DNA from: a virus
Strand: one strand, 5' to 3'
Virus record (IMG/VR): IMGVR_UViG_3300042896_000283
Location: 49,095-113,094 of that record
Length of the DNA: 64,000 bases
Below the pieces are notes generated by a model, which saw only the letters and a list, made by a program, of their open reading frames with translations, had not been told where the DNA came from and ran no database searches. The position numbers and the translations under genes are program-made. Shown in pieces: positions 8,189-17,691 of this stretch (positions are counted from its first letter, which is position 1; each line of letters opens with the position of its first letter).

Positions 8189-8395
8189 TTATTTTAATCC
8201 ATATTTAATCCACCTATACCAAACTCTTTCATGGATGTAGTATTGTATAGGTTTGTAAAGTAATTCTGCTATTCCAAATGCTGCTCCTATCTTAACAGAT
8301 CCTGTTATAACCAGCATTATTGTAAAGCCAATTAGTGTACTTAGAAGTCTATAACTAATTGTTTTTGCTATGTGTCTTTTCTTTTCAACATTCAT
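8189..8395 (-). CDS. DUF2061-like small membrane protein
   Basis: RHIAKTISYR...YYIHERVW signature; family usually found beside sulfate-activation genes. Confidence 0.8.
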   Translation of the reverse strand: MNVEKKRHIAKTISYRLLSTLIGFTIMLVITGSVKIGAAFGIAELLYKPIQYYIHERVWYRWIKYGLK

Positions 8396-8628
8396 TAGTC
8401 TAAGATTACAACATCACCTTTCCAACTAATCTTATTTGGGTTACATGTTAAGTGATGTTTATTTACAAGTTCTTGTCTTGAGCTATCCCATACATCATCT
8501 CTTGTTGTATGAGTTGGAACATTAATAACTATATTAGCACATATATGTTCTACACCATCAATTAATATTCTCCAGAATGTATGATTATCATCACACAATG
8601 TATTATATCTAATTTGTACTAAACTCAT
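8395..8628 (-). CDS. hypothetical protein
   Basis: 77 aa, overlaps both neighbours within the island. Confidence 0.7.
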   Translation of the reverse strand: MSLVQIRYNTLCDDNHTFWRILIDGVEHICANIVINVPTHTTRDDVWDSSRQELVNKHHLTCNPNKISWKGDVVILD

Positions 8629-9026
8629 AGCTTTCCATCTTTACGCATTTGTTCTCTGATCTTTGTAGCAGATATATCTCCTATCTCTGTAGGTGGAATA
8701 TGTTCTATAATATCATAACCAACACCTCTTCCAAACTCTACAGAACATATATCTGGAACTATCATGATTTTGATTCTTCCTTCTTCTATAAGAGAATGAT
8801 AATGTGCATTTATGTTATCATATACTTCTTCTGCTGTAAAAGGATTCTTTTCATTCACTTGTCCATCACGAATGCATATAAGCACATTCTTTCCTTCATC
8901 TAGAGCTCCTTTAAACAAAGCTTGGTGCCCAAGGTGCAATGGTTGCCATCTTCCAATAAACATTGCAAACTGTCCTTCTTTAGAAGGAATTGATGATTCT
9001 ACGTGTATCTTTTTAGTCCAACTCAT
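8625..9026 (-). CDS. HxGH-family nucleotidyltransferase (candidate minimal ATP sulfurylase)
   Basis: FIGRWQPLHLGH, NPF and ISATKIRE motifs; overlaps the APS kinase gene. Confidence 0.75.
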   Translation of the reverse strand: MSWTKKIHVESSIPSKEGQFAMFIGRWQPLHLGHQALFKGALDEGKNVLICIRDGQVNEKNPFTAEEVYDNINAHYHSLIEEGRIKIMIVPDICSVEFGRGVGYDIIEHIPPTEIGDISATKIREQMRKDGKL

Positions 9027-9466
9027 TTTATTAGTTTTAAAATTTTAGCAATTGATTCTTCTGGTGTATCATCTGTAGTATCTACATCAATAAAGTTCTC
9101 TAATGGAGCTTCATAATTTGCTACTCTGAAATGATCTCTTTCTCTAGGTGAGTCTGTATGAACATATAGTTCTATAAGATCTGCACCAAGCATAGATTTA
9201 AGTTCTTCTCTTTGCCATCTGTAAGGAGCAATAAGAGAAACCACCACTGTGTAATCTTGGTTATATAAATAGTGTGCTATCTTCTGTGCACCTTTAACAT
9301 TATCTATTCTTCCTTGTTCAGAGAAATCTACATTTAATGTAAGGGCTCTTAGATCATCACCATCTATATGAAATACTTTTCCATATTTTTCTAGTTCTTC
9401 TTTTAGTAATTTAGCCAACACTGTTTTACCATGTGAAGGCTGTCCTGTAAACCAATATACTGCCAT
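9023..9466 (-). CDS. cysC: adenylyl-sulfate (APS) kinase
   Basis: WFTGQPSHGKT P-loop, IDGDDLR, DFSEQGRIDNV, VSLIAPY, YEAP. Confidence 0.85.
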   Translation of the reverse strand: MAVYWFTGQPSHGKTVLAKLLKEELEKYGKVFHIDGDDLRALTLNVDFSEQGRIDNVKGAQKIAHYLYNQDYTVVVSLIAPYRWQREELKSMLGADLIELYVHTDSPRERDHFRVANYEAPLENFIDVDTTDDTPEESIAKILKLIK

Positions 9467-10335
9467 TATTTCAATGCTTTAATTATATCCTCACTATTAA
9501 ATATATTTCCTAGCTCTGTGTATGGACATCTAGAGATATCTTCGAATAATGGAAGTTTCTGTAAATATGCATTATCAAAGTTTAATTCTTTATCTGGAGT
9601 GTTAGCATCTAAATTAGCATGCATATCATAACCAAACACTTTAGAACTTGTTCCTATCCAACATACAAGACTTGGTAATCCTAGAGCTGCAGCAATATGC
9701 ATAGCAGATGAATCAATAAGAAGTCTTCTTTGTGCTAATGATAATAAAACAGCTATACTTCTGAATGAATCAAGAGCTCCTACTGTATCTGCATACATTG
9801 GTTGATCCTCACGTTTGATATGTACAATTGTATAATCTTTTTTGTAATGTTGTATTACATCATTAATTACTGGAGCTGGAATATCTCTAACCCAACTATA
9901 GTTCAATGGTTGATCTATTGGCCCACCATTAGGCTGTATAGCCATAATAGGTTTTTCTAATTGGTAGAATGGAGCAAAGTATTCCACTTCTGCTTTAGAG
10001 ATAAACAATTCAGGTAGTTCATTATTATATGGTACCTCACATAACTTACACCAGATTTCAATTAAATGTTTTGATTCTGTTAAGTAGTCTGATGTTGTAT
10101 AAGGATCTGTAATAAATACCTTTGCATCCTTACCTCCTATGTAATCTTTATATAATCCTAATGTAGTTCCATGAACTATCACCTTATTTACATTTGGATT
10201 ACCAATAAATACATCTGGGTAAGATGTAAGAACAATTACATTTGCTTTAGGGTGTTCAGTTCTAATAGCTTTTAATACAGCTGTAGATAAGATATTCTTA
10301 CCTAAGCCTCCTGATATATCAAATATTATATTCAT
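9466..10335 (-). CDS. GT9-like (heptosyltransferase-like) glycosyltransferase
   Basis: GGLGKNI N-terminal motif, NPNV, IDSSAMHIAAALG..S; start set at MNIIF (10335) to avoid overlapping the sulfotransferase gene. Confidence 0.8.
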   Translation of the reverse strand: MNIIFDISGGLGKNILSTAVLKAIRTEHPKANVIVLTSYPDVFIGNPNVNKVIVHGTTLGLYKDYIGGKDAKVFITDPYTTSDYLTESKHLIEIWCKLCEVPYNNELPELFISKAEVEYFAPFYQLEKPIMAIQPNGGPIDQPLNYSWVRDIPAPVINDVIQHYKKDYTIVHIKREDQPMYADTVGALDSFRSIAVLLSLAQRRLLIDSSAMHIAAALGLPSLVCWIGTSSKVFGYDMHANLDANTPDKELNFDNAYLQKLPLFEDISRCPYTELGNIFNSEDIIKALK

Positions 10336-10345
10336 AGTTGTTGGT

Positions 10346-11167
10346 TTATACGTATCCAAATTTCTTAAAGAACCAAGGATATGTGTTTTTAATTGATTGA
10401 CAGTTTTCATATCCTAAGATTTCTTCAAAATCATCAGGCTTTCTTTCAAACTTAGATCTTAGTTTATGATCTCCATAGATACCATGTATAGCATCATTCT
10501 CATGTGTATGCTGTGTAACAGTTTCAAAATTGTGACCTTCATAATATGGAAGTTCCATATACTCATAAAAACGTCTCATTTCTTGTTCAGGGAAATCCAT
10601 TAAGTCTTCATAACGAATAAATAATACATTCTTATCTATTCCTTGATCAAACATATCTTTTAGTCTATCCATAGATATACCAACTGGTGGTCCATCTGCC
10701 CATAGATTAATTCTTTTTTGAAGAGTGGTACCTACTAATTGATTAGCATTTTGAATATGATTTTCTTGTGTAGGATTTTTACGAAAGTTTTTCTCCATAG
10801 AAGCATAGACAGCACGTACATCTCTAATCATACATACCACTTTAGGAGCTATCATAAACTCACTAGCAAGATTAAAATGTATTCCCCATCCTCTATTCTT
10901 ATCTAATACATAAGGTTTATCTGTAAGGGCATTAAAATATCCATGCATTGCATTATGACAAAATCCTATAAATGCATTTTTCATTAGTTCAGCATCTTGT
11001 GCTTTAACTTCTGATGAATGGTTATAGTTTGCTTTTGCTCCTAGAAGTAAATCTAAGAAACCTGATGTAGGTGTACAATGGAAATCTGGATTATCTGCTA
11101 CAATATTTTGCAGAAGAGTAGATCCTGCTCTAGGAAGAGAGGAGTTAAAAAAGATTCTTTTCTTCAT
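10346..11167 (-). CDS. PAPS-dependent sulfotransferase
   Basis: 5'-PSB loop SLPRAGSTLL, DKNR, 3'-PB RDVRAVYAS, IRYEDL. Confidence 0.9.
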   Translation of the reverse strand: MKKRIFFNSSLPRAGSTLLQNIVADNPDFHCTPTSGFLDLLLGAKANYNHSSEVKAQDAELMKNAFIGFCHNAMHGYFNALTDKPYVLDKNRGWGIHFNLASEFMIAPKVVCMIRDVRAVYASMEKNFRKNPTQENHIQNANQLVGTTLQKRINLWADGPPVGISMDRLKDMFDQGIDKNVLFIRYEDLMDFPEQEMRRFYEYMELPYYEGHNFETVTQHTHENDAIHGIYGDHKLRSKFERKPDDFEEILGYENCQSIKNTYPWFFKKFGYV

Positions 11168-11186
11168 AATTAATTGATTTTAGTTA

Positions 11187-11194
11187 CAAAGATA
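11187..11194 (-). promoter_or_regulatory. Bacteroidota -7 element TATCTTTG upstream of the sulfotransferase
   Basis: Exact TAnnTTTG 20 nt upstream of the ATG. Confidence 0.55.
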
Positions 11195-11197
11195 AAT

Positions 11198-11234
11198 AAA
11201 AAAAGGATAAGATTACTTAAAACCTTATCCTTTT
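11198..11234 (-). terminator. intrinsic terminator
   Basis: AAAAGGATAAG / CTTATCCTTTT stem with a U-tract on the minus strand after ORF 11257..11580. Confidence 0.65.
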
Positions 11235-11256
11235 AATAAATTTATTGAAAAAATAC

Positions 11257-11580
11257 TTATGCTACAGTAGTTGTAGTAGTTGTAGTATCTTTTGCAATTT
11301 GCAATTCAGCAATCAAAGCATCAATAAGAGGTTTTAAAGCTTCATCATCTTTTACAGTGAATGAATCTTTATTTACCCATCTTACATCCTTATAACCAAA
11401 AAGGTTAATAGCATGAAAAGGAGAAATTAATGCAGGATTTTCTGCAGGTTTTTTAGCAAAGATTGCCTCTACTAAAGGAGTAACAGTAGTTAATGTATCT
11501 GTAGATACTTTTACTGATAACTCTTTTGAATTGATTTGGGTTTCGCCATATCCAAAGATATGAATTGTGAAATTTTCCAT
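11257..11580 (-). CDS. hypothetical protein with C-terminal T7 tag (possible fibre partner)
   Basis: Ends KD-T7-VA; directly downstream of a fibre gene. Confidence 0.75.
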   Translation of the reverse strand: MENFTIHIFGYGETQINSKELSVKVSTDTLTTVTPLVEAIFAKKPAENPALISPFHAINLFGYKDVRWVNKDSFTVKDDEALKPLIDALIAELQIAKDTTTTTTTVA

Positions 11581-11622
11581 TGTTATAAATATTTATTGAA
11601 GTTAAAAAAAAAATTATTATTA

Positions 11623-12858
11623 TTAAGGAACTATTGTTAATGTAGTTCCATTTCTCCAAACTGAACCAGAGGGTAAACCAGCACTTGATGTTGGAATGTT
11701 TTTAATTGATAGATTATTTACAAATGTAGCACAATGTCTATCGGCAGTTATATAAGAACCAGAAATTACAACAAGTTCAAAAGAAGAAGTAGAATTATTA
11801 CGACCTCCTACAATAGATGAATGACTTGTAGAAACAGAGTTGTAATAACCTCCCCCAATAAATGAGCATTGACCAGAAGCGATATTACATTGACCACCTC
11901 CTACTGTTGCGTGATATGTAGAAGCAATGTTAGATTGACCACCTCCTACTGTTGTTGCAGTACAAGAAGCAGTATTAAGAAAACCACCCCCAACTGTTGA
12001 AAATTGATAAGAAGAAATATTATCAGAACCGCCACCTACTGTTGATTTGTTTCCAGAAGCAGTATTATATACACCGCCACTAATTGTTGCTCTACTATAA
12101 CTTGCACTGTTATAACCACCGCCCCCAACTGTTGAAGAACTATCACAAGTAGTATTTTTATAACCACCACTAATTGTTGAGAATTTACCAGAAGCAAAAT
12201 TTTGACTTCCACCACCTACTGTTGATAAATTAGAAGAAGCAGTATTTAGACAACCTCCAGATACTGTTGATAAACAACCAAGTGAAGTGTTAGATTGACC
12301 ACCGCCTACCGTAGATAGACAACCAAATGTAGCGTTATTTTGACCACCACCTACTATAGAAGCATATCCAGAAGCTGTATTGCTTCCACCGCCACCTACA
12401 AAAGCTATTCTATTAGATGCAGTATTACCTTCTCCTCCAACAATTGCCGAGTTAATACCAGAAGCTGTATTACCAACACCTCCACTTACAGTTGAAGCTT
12501 CATTAGAAGCAATATTAAAAATTCCACCTCCAATTGTTCCATAATTACCAGAACTTTCATTACAACAACCTCCTCCAATTACTGAATTAAGACCACAAGA
12601 AGTATTGCAACTTCCACCACCAATTGTAGAATAGTTACCATTTGCTTCATTAATAATACCACCACTAATTACAGCATTTAATCCACTTGCGTCATTACCA
12701 CCTAATACAGGTTCTATACCTGTACCATTAGCATTATATTTTAATGGACTAGATGCAGCTGGAGGAGATAATGATGTTATTAATTCATCAAGATTTAACC
12801 AATGATCATATCCTTTTTGTTTCTTTTCCCAGAATCCTGGTTTAATAAATGTAGGCAT
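11623..12858 (-). CDS. fibre/adhesin with GGxxNxAS beta-solenoid repeats
   Basis: About 22 14-aa repeats; start moved to MPTFIKPGFWE (12858); body paralogous to 2855..4330. Confidence 0.8.
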   Translation of the reverse strand: MPTFIKPGFWEKKQKGYDHWLNLDELITSLSPPAASSPLKYNANGTGIEPVLGGNDASGLNAVISGGIINEANGNYSTIGGGSCNTSCGLNSVIGGGCCNESSGNYGTIGGGIFNIASNEASTVSGGVGNTASGINSAIVGGEGNTASNRIAFVGGGGSNTASGYASIVGGGQNNATFGCLSTVGGGQSNTSLGCLSTVSGGCLNTASSNLSTVGGGSQNFASGKFSTISGGYKNTTCDSSSTVGGGGYNSASYSRATISGGVYNTASGNKSTVGGGSDNISSYQFSTVGGGFLNTASCTATTVGGGQSNIASTYHATVGGGQCNIASGQCSFIGGGYYNSVSTSHSSIVGGRNNSTSSFELVVISGSYITADRHCATFVNNLSIKNIPTSSAGLPSGSVWRNGTTLTIVP

Positions 12859-12897
12859 AATGTTTATATTTTTATTGAATAGCTTAACTAATGTAAG

Positions 12898-12905
12898 CAA
12901 AGTTA
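12898..12905 (-). promoter_or_regulatory. Bacteroidota -7 element TAACTTTG
   Basis: TAnnTTTG upstream of the fibre gene; ATAATATAGC motif at 12951..12960. Confidence 0.5.
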
Positions 12906-12966
12906 ATTATTAATTATTTAGTATGAAAGCATGTATATTAAATATCTGGTATAATATAGCTATTGA

Positions 12967-15900
12967 CTATCTTAGCCCATAATTAGATTGAACCTTTATA
13001 CCAAGATCTTTAGCAAGTGCTGGATAGAACATTGGTAAATATCCTTGCATTTGATTTGTAAAAGGAAATGTTTTCATTAGATATTTGATAACATGTGTTT
13101 TCTCAGCAGCTTCATCATCTCCTGTAAGCAATGCCCAATTCTCTTTACGGAAGTTATCCATTAATCTAGCAAAATTAGTTATTAATGCAGCCGATGGAAA
13201 GAACCCCTGAGATATAAGATCTAATCCACTAGTAGGATCATAGAAGTACATAAGCTCTCCTTTAAATTTATCTGTGGCTTTCATCATAAACTTATATTGA
13301 TTTATAACAAGTGGGTCTTCATCTTTATCTGGTGCAGCAGCTTTTAATGCAGCAATTGCTGTAAATACTATTGCTAAGAATACAACATCTACTAATTGAG
13401 ATTTAATATTTTGTCTAGCAAGATCTATGAATTCAGATTCTGTCATTTCAAGTGTCTTACCTGTTTCATTTTCATATTCATTTCTTTTCTTTTCAAACAT
13501 ATCTTTCATATATTCTACTCCCTTCTCATTACCAGTTAATGAATTATATAGTTTACCTAACCCTGATACAGGATTTGTAAGACTAAATTCATCTGTTAGC
13601 ACTTTCATCACCATTCTAGTTCTTCCCCATTCATAAGCATCAGAAGCAGAGTTGAATTTTAAACCACCTAAACGTACATCTACAAGTCTAGGAATCCAGT
13701 TCTTGAACACCATGAATGATTTTCCAACTACACTCATGTTAATCATTCTAAGATCATCTTCAGATAGATTACCTAATGCATCTTTAGATACTTGTTGTAC
13801 CTTTCTTCTAAGTTCTATTACAGAATCAGATTTTTGATCTATACCAGGAATAACAAACTTGTTATCAATAATCTCTCCAAGTTTTAACACTCCTTTTTCT
13901 TCAATAAGTCTTTTTACTTCTGCATCAAATTTTTCTTCATAAGCTTTTCTATCTGCTACAGATCCTTTATATTTATCTTGATACTCAGGTTGAGTTCTTA
14001 AATAATCTCTAACATTTATTACTTTACCATCTTCTACAATTGAATTATTAAGAAAGGCATAGAAGTTTGATGTCTGTACATTTAAATCTGTTTGCTTCAT
14101 TAATATCAATAAGAAATCTTGTATACCTTCTTGTGATAGTGTATTCAAAGATAACTTTTTAGCAATTTCTCTATTATAGTTTTCTGTTAATGGTAAGAAA
14201 TATTCTAATGCACCAAGCATTTTCTTTTGATCTGTACCACCAAACTTATTTGAGAAAATCATCATTTCTGCAGCTAGATAATCTTTCTTAGTAAAATATT
14301 TACCAGAGTTGATTAATGATTGAGCATTACCTCCAAAGAAGTTAGAAGAAGCAGAAAGAACATTAAATCCTAATGTTGTAATTTGAAATGTATTATTTAA
14401 TTGATTAATTAATTTATTTACACTTAATTGTCTATTAGATATATCTTTTGGAAATACATCTACACCAAGTTTATTGTTTAGTGTTTCTCCCCATGTTCCC
14501 ATTTTAGATAAAAGTTGATCAAATGCTTGACTATCTACAAACTTCTGTCCATAGATAATTGCTTTCATCATATCCTCTACAAGTTGAGAGTTTGCTCCTT
14601 TAGTTTCAGTATATTGTACTACACCATCTTTAATGTCAGTTTTACCAAACATAGATGTAGCTATAGACTTTTTATTTTTTTCAACAGCAACAATAGCCAT
14701 CACTTGATCTTCTATTTCACTTAAGTATTTATATCTAAGTGCAGCTTCATTATAAAATGCCATAGTTCTAAATAAATCAGTAGAAGTTTCTTGCTCTAAA
14801 GGTCTAGTAAAATATTTAGGTATCTTGTTTACAGGTTTTCCTGTATTAGGATCAATTTGTCCATATCCTATATCACCTTCATCTACAGATATATCAGTAA
14901 AGAATTGTTGACCAAGTTTAACTTGTCCACCAGTGATTAACTTCTCTACTAAGTTCTTTCTTATAAATGGAAGGAATGTTCTAGCAAATCTTTTATTAAT
15001 ATATCCAAGATCAGCATATTCATTATTCTTTTCAATTATATAATTATAAAATTCCTTAGCTGGAGCATTCTCTGGTTTATTTAATTCTATCCATTCTTTA
15101 GATGTCCATTTATCTTTCTTTGGAAACTTTCTAGTTTCATTATATATAAACCATCCAGAAGATGTAGTAGTAGAAGTATCATATAAATTTCTAGCTTTAT
15201 ATATTTCCATCACCACTTCATTAGGAAGTTTACCAGTATTAGCTAATGCATCAGATTCTTCTGATGTTAATAGTCTAGGTTTACTTTTAATCCTTTCTAT
15301 TTCCTCAGCAAGCTTTTCTTTTAAATGTTCATTGTATGCAGTAACATCTATATTTTCTCTAATCCATGAACTATCTCTATCGTCTGATACACTTTCTAAT
15401 TCTTTTTTAGTTTTAGCTTTTAAATCAGTATAGAATTCTGGATTGTATTCATCTATAAGTTCATTAGAATCTTTCTTCTTAAGAATATCAAAATAGTTTT
15501 TATATGATAATCCTTTTCCTTTTGCCCAATTTTCAAAATTAGTTTTTAAGTCCTCAAGTTTTTTACTTTCTGCTAATGTATCCATAGAAGAATAAGCAAA
15601 TGCTCTATTTGCTTTCTTATATAATAACTGAATAGCTTTACTTTGTAATGTAGCTGTAGAAGCAAATAGTTTTGTAAATCCTTTAATTATCTTTTCTGGA
15701 GCAAGAAAGTTATCTACTTCTTCTCTTTGAGCAATTATATTTGCTGTAAACTCTTCTAGAATTACTTCTAAGTCATCTTCTAATTCTTTTGCATTTTCTG
15801 ATGTTCTTCTTAAATCTTTTTTAAGATCTTCATCTTCTTTACTATCTCCTAGCAATCCTTTTAGTTCTGAATAAAGATCTGTATAAATACCAATTGCATA

Positions 15901-17691
15901 TTGTGCATCTGAAATCTCTTTAACAAAATCATTAACTTCTTTTTCACTAAATGACTTAGCATCTTTATCTACAAATTTATCATTATATCTTTCTATAAGT
16001 TTATCAATAGTCTTATTTAATAACTGAGCTTGTCTAACTAATGGTTGAATATTTTCTTTAACTTGTAATTGTCTTATAGAATGAAATAATGAATTAAGCA
16101 ATTCATCTTTATTCAACTTCTCAGATTCAGGAACTGATTTATCAGAAATCTTTGTGTACAATTTATTAAGTTCTCCCAATAACTCATCTATTTTTCTCTT
16201 ACCAGTTTTTTCATTCTTAATTGGAACAGGAAGTAAATAATCATCTTTAATGTTTTTAACATTAACATCTCCAATTTTAATACTTAGTAATGCTGGAAGA
16301 ATATTTTCTTTTGGATTTGCTTTTGAATATAAAGCCTTTATAGGAATCATTCTTGTTTGTTTGAACTTCTCACCTTTTACGCCATAAGCATTTTGTAAAA
16401 TAGCTCTATATTGCTCCATTTGTAGATTCCATGCAGTGTTCTTATACCAAGGAATATCTGTATACTTATCTACATCAAGATCCATAAACTTCCAGTCAAG
16501 AATACTTACATCACCTTCTTTAGTAACAGCTAAGAAATCTACAGTTCCTGCACGATTTGCTTTAGGATTATAGATAGTAACCTCAGCCATGAATCTTGTA
16601 CCTTTAGGAAAAGACTTAAGACGTGCTTCAAGATTTTCCTTTAATTTAGTATACATGTCTCTATTATTAGGATTGATTCTAGATATATATCCAGTATCAT
16701 CTAATTGTGTATCTCTTAAATATCCATCATCATCTACAAATAAAGTTTGTATATATTCAAGATCAGCATGTCCTGCTGTACCTTTCTCAGCTTTTAAATC
16801 ATTAACAGCATTTTGGAATTCTGTTTTATTTATATCACCATTTCTAAAAGTTCTTTCATACCATTCATCTACTAATGCAGAAACTCTAGGAATTACTTTA
16901 CCATTAATTTTATAACCACCTTCAGTAGGTTTCTCTATACTATTAGATACTTCTTTGATTCTATTAATGATAGCTTCTTGAGGATCTAATTGAAGAAAAG
17001 CTTTACCTTCTTCTTCTCTAATATCTTCTGCAGTACCAATAATCTTACCTGTCATAACATCCATAGACAATTGATCAAATCCTGATGTAGAGATTAGATT
17101 CTTAAACCAATCAACTATTTTATCCCATAAGCTTTGCATTTTAGCAATGTTCTCTGGTTTCTCTAAAGATCCTTCATTGTTCTTAATAATAATTTCAGCT
17201 AGCACCTTTGCAATAGCTTCTTCTTTAAGCATAATTACATCAGGCTTTCCATCTAATTGATACATAGGATTTTGTCCGTATGTAGCAAACACTTCTTTTA
17301 ACATAGCATAACCATTAATCTCACTCATCAACTTCTTGTATAAAGCTGGATTAGTTTGTTTAATGATAGCAACAGCAAAGTGCATAGCTTCTTCAGGAAG
17401 AGACTGTGCTTCTTTACCTTCTACTACTTGTATAAGTTTCTGTGTAAGTAGAGCAGCACCAGCAGCATCTTGTTTGACACCATCAACAATAACATTTTTC
17501 ATGGCTTTTGTATCTACACCAATACGTGTAAGAAAGTCATTAACCATTGCTATTGTTTTAGGAGAAGCTGTAGATGATATAACATCACTAATGTTATTTT
17601 GTTTATCAAATTCAATTTCAGCTAGAATAGGATTACCTACTCTAGCTAATATTTCTTGGTATGCTGGATCATTTGGATTTATACAAGCCAT
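12967..17691 (-). CDS. large virion cargo/ejection protein with PD-(D/E)XK nuclease-like domain
   Basis: 1574 aa, follows the vRNAP; GTAGH...AEVTI...AGTVD...ILDWK...QMEQY; degenerate zincin PEEAMH. Confidence 0.7.
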   Translation of the reverse strand: MACINPNDPAYQEILARVGNPILAEIEFDKQNNISDVISSTASPKTIAMVNDFLTRIGVDTKAMKNVIVDGVKQDAAGAALLTQKLIQVVEGKEAQSLPEEAMHFAVAIIKQTNPALYKKLMSEINGYAMLKEVFATYGQNPMYQLDGKPDVIMLKEEAIAKVLAEIIIKNNEGSLEKPENIAKMQSLWDKIVDWFKNLISTSGFDQLSMDVMTGKIIGTAEDIREEEGKAFLQLDPQEAIINRIKEVSNSIEKPTEGGYKINGKVIPRVSALVDEWYERTFRNGDINKTEFQNAVNDLKAEKGTAGHADLEYIQTLFVDDDGYLRDTQLDDTGYISRINPNNRDMYTKLKENLEARLKSFPKGTRFMAEVTIYNPKANRAGTVDFLAVTKEGDVSILDWKFMDLDVDKYTDIPWYKNTAWNLQMEQYRAILQNAYGVKGEKFKQTRMIPIKALYSKANPKENILPALLSIKIGDVNVKNIKDDYLLPVPIKNEKTGKRKIDELLGELNKLYTKISDKSVPESEKLNKDELLNSLFHSIRQLQVKENIQPLVRQAQLLNKTIDKLIERYNDKFVDKDAKSFSEKEVNDFVKEISDAQYAIGIYTDLYSELKGLLGDSKEDEDLKKDLRRTSENAKELEDDLEVILEEFTANIIAQREEVDNFLAPEKIIKGFTKLFASTATLQSKAIQLLYKKANRAFAYSSMDTLAESKKLEDLKTNFENWAKGKGLSYKNYFDILKKKDSNELIDEYNPEFYTDLKAKTKKELESVSDDRDSSWIRENIDVTAYNEHLKEKLAEEIERIKSKPRLLTSEESDALANTGKLPNEVVMEIYKARNLYDTSTTTSSGWFIYNETRKFPKKDKWTSKEWIELNKPENAPAKEFYNYIIEKNNEYADLGYINKRFARTFLPFIRKNLVEKLITGGQVKLGQQFFTDISVDEGDIGYGQIDPNTGKPVNKIPKYFTRPLEQETSTDLFRTMAFYNEAALRYKYLSEIEDQVMAIVAVEKNKKSIATSMFGKTDIKDGVVQYTETKGANSQLVEDMMKAIIYGQKFVDSQAFDQLLSKMGTWGETLNNKLGVDVFPKDISNRQLSVNKLINQLNNTFQITTLGFNVLSASSNFFGGNAQSLINSGKYFTKKDYLAAEMMIFSNKFGGTDQKKMLGALEYFLPLTENYNREIAKKLSLNTLSQEGIQDFLLILMKQTDLNVQTSNFYAFLNNSIVEDGKVINVRDYLRTQPEYQDKYKGSVADRKAYEEKFDAEVKRLIEEKGVLKLGEIIDNKFVIPGIDQKSDSVIELRRKVQQVSKDALGNLSEDDLRMINMSVVGKSFMVFKNWIPRLVDVRLGGLKFNSASDAYEWGRTRMVMKVLTDEFSLTNPVSGLGKLYNSLTGNEKGVEYMKDMFEKKRNEYENETGKTLEMTESEFIDLARQNIKSQLVDVVFLAIVFTAIAALKAAAPDKDEDPLVINQYKFMMKATDKFKGELMYFYDPTSGLDLISQGFFPSAALITNFARLMDNFRKENWALLTGDDEAAEKTHVIKYLMKTFPFTNQMQGYLPMFYPALAKDLGIKVQSNYGLR

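Noticed and set aside
9023-9466. cysC as an auxiliary gene for host sulfur assimilation
   Set aside because: No reductive pathway genes in the window; operon context with a sulfotransferase points to PAPS use for sulfation
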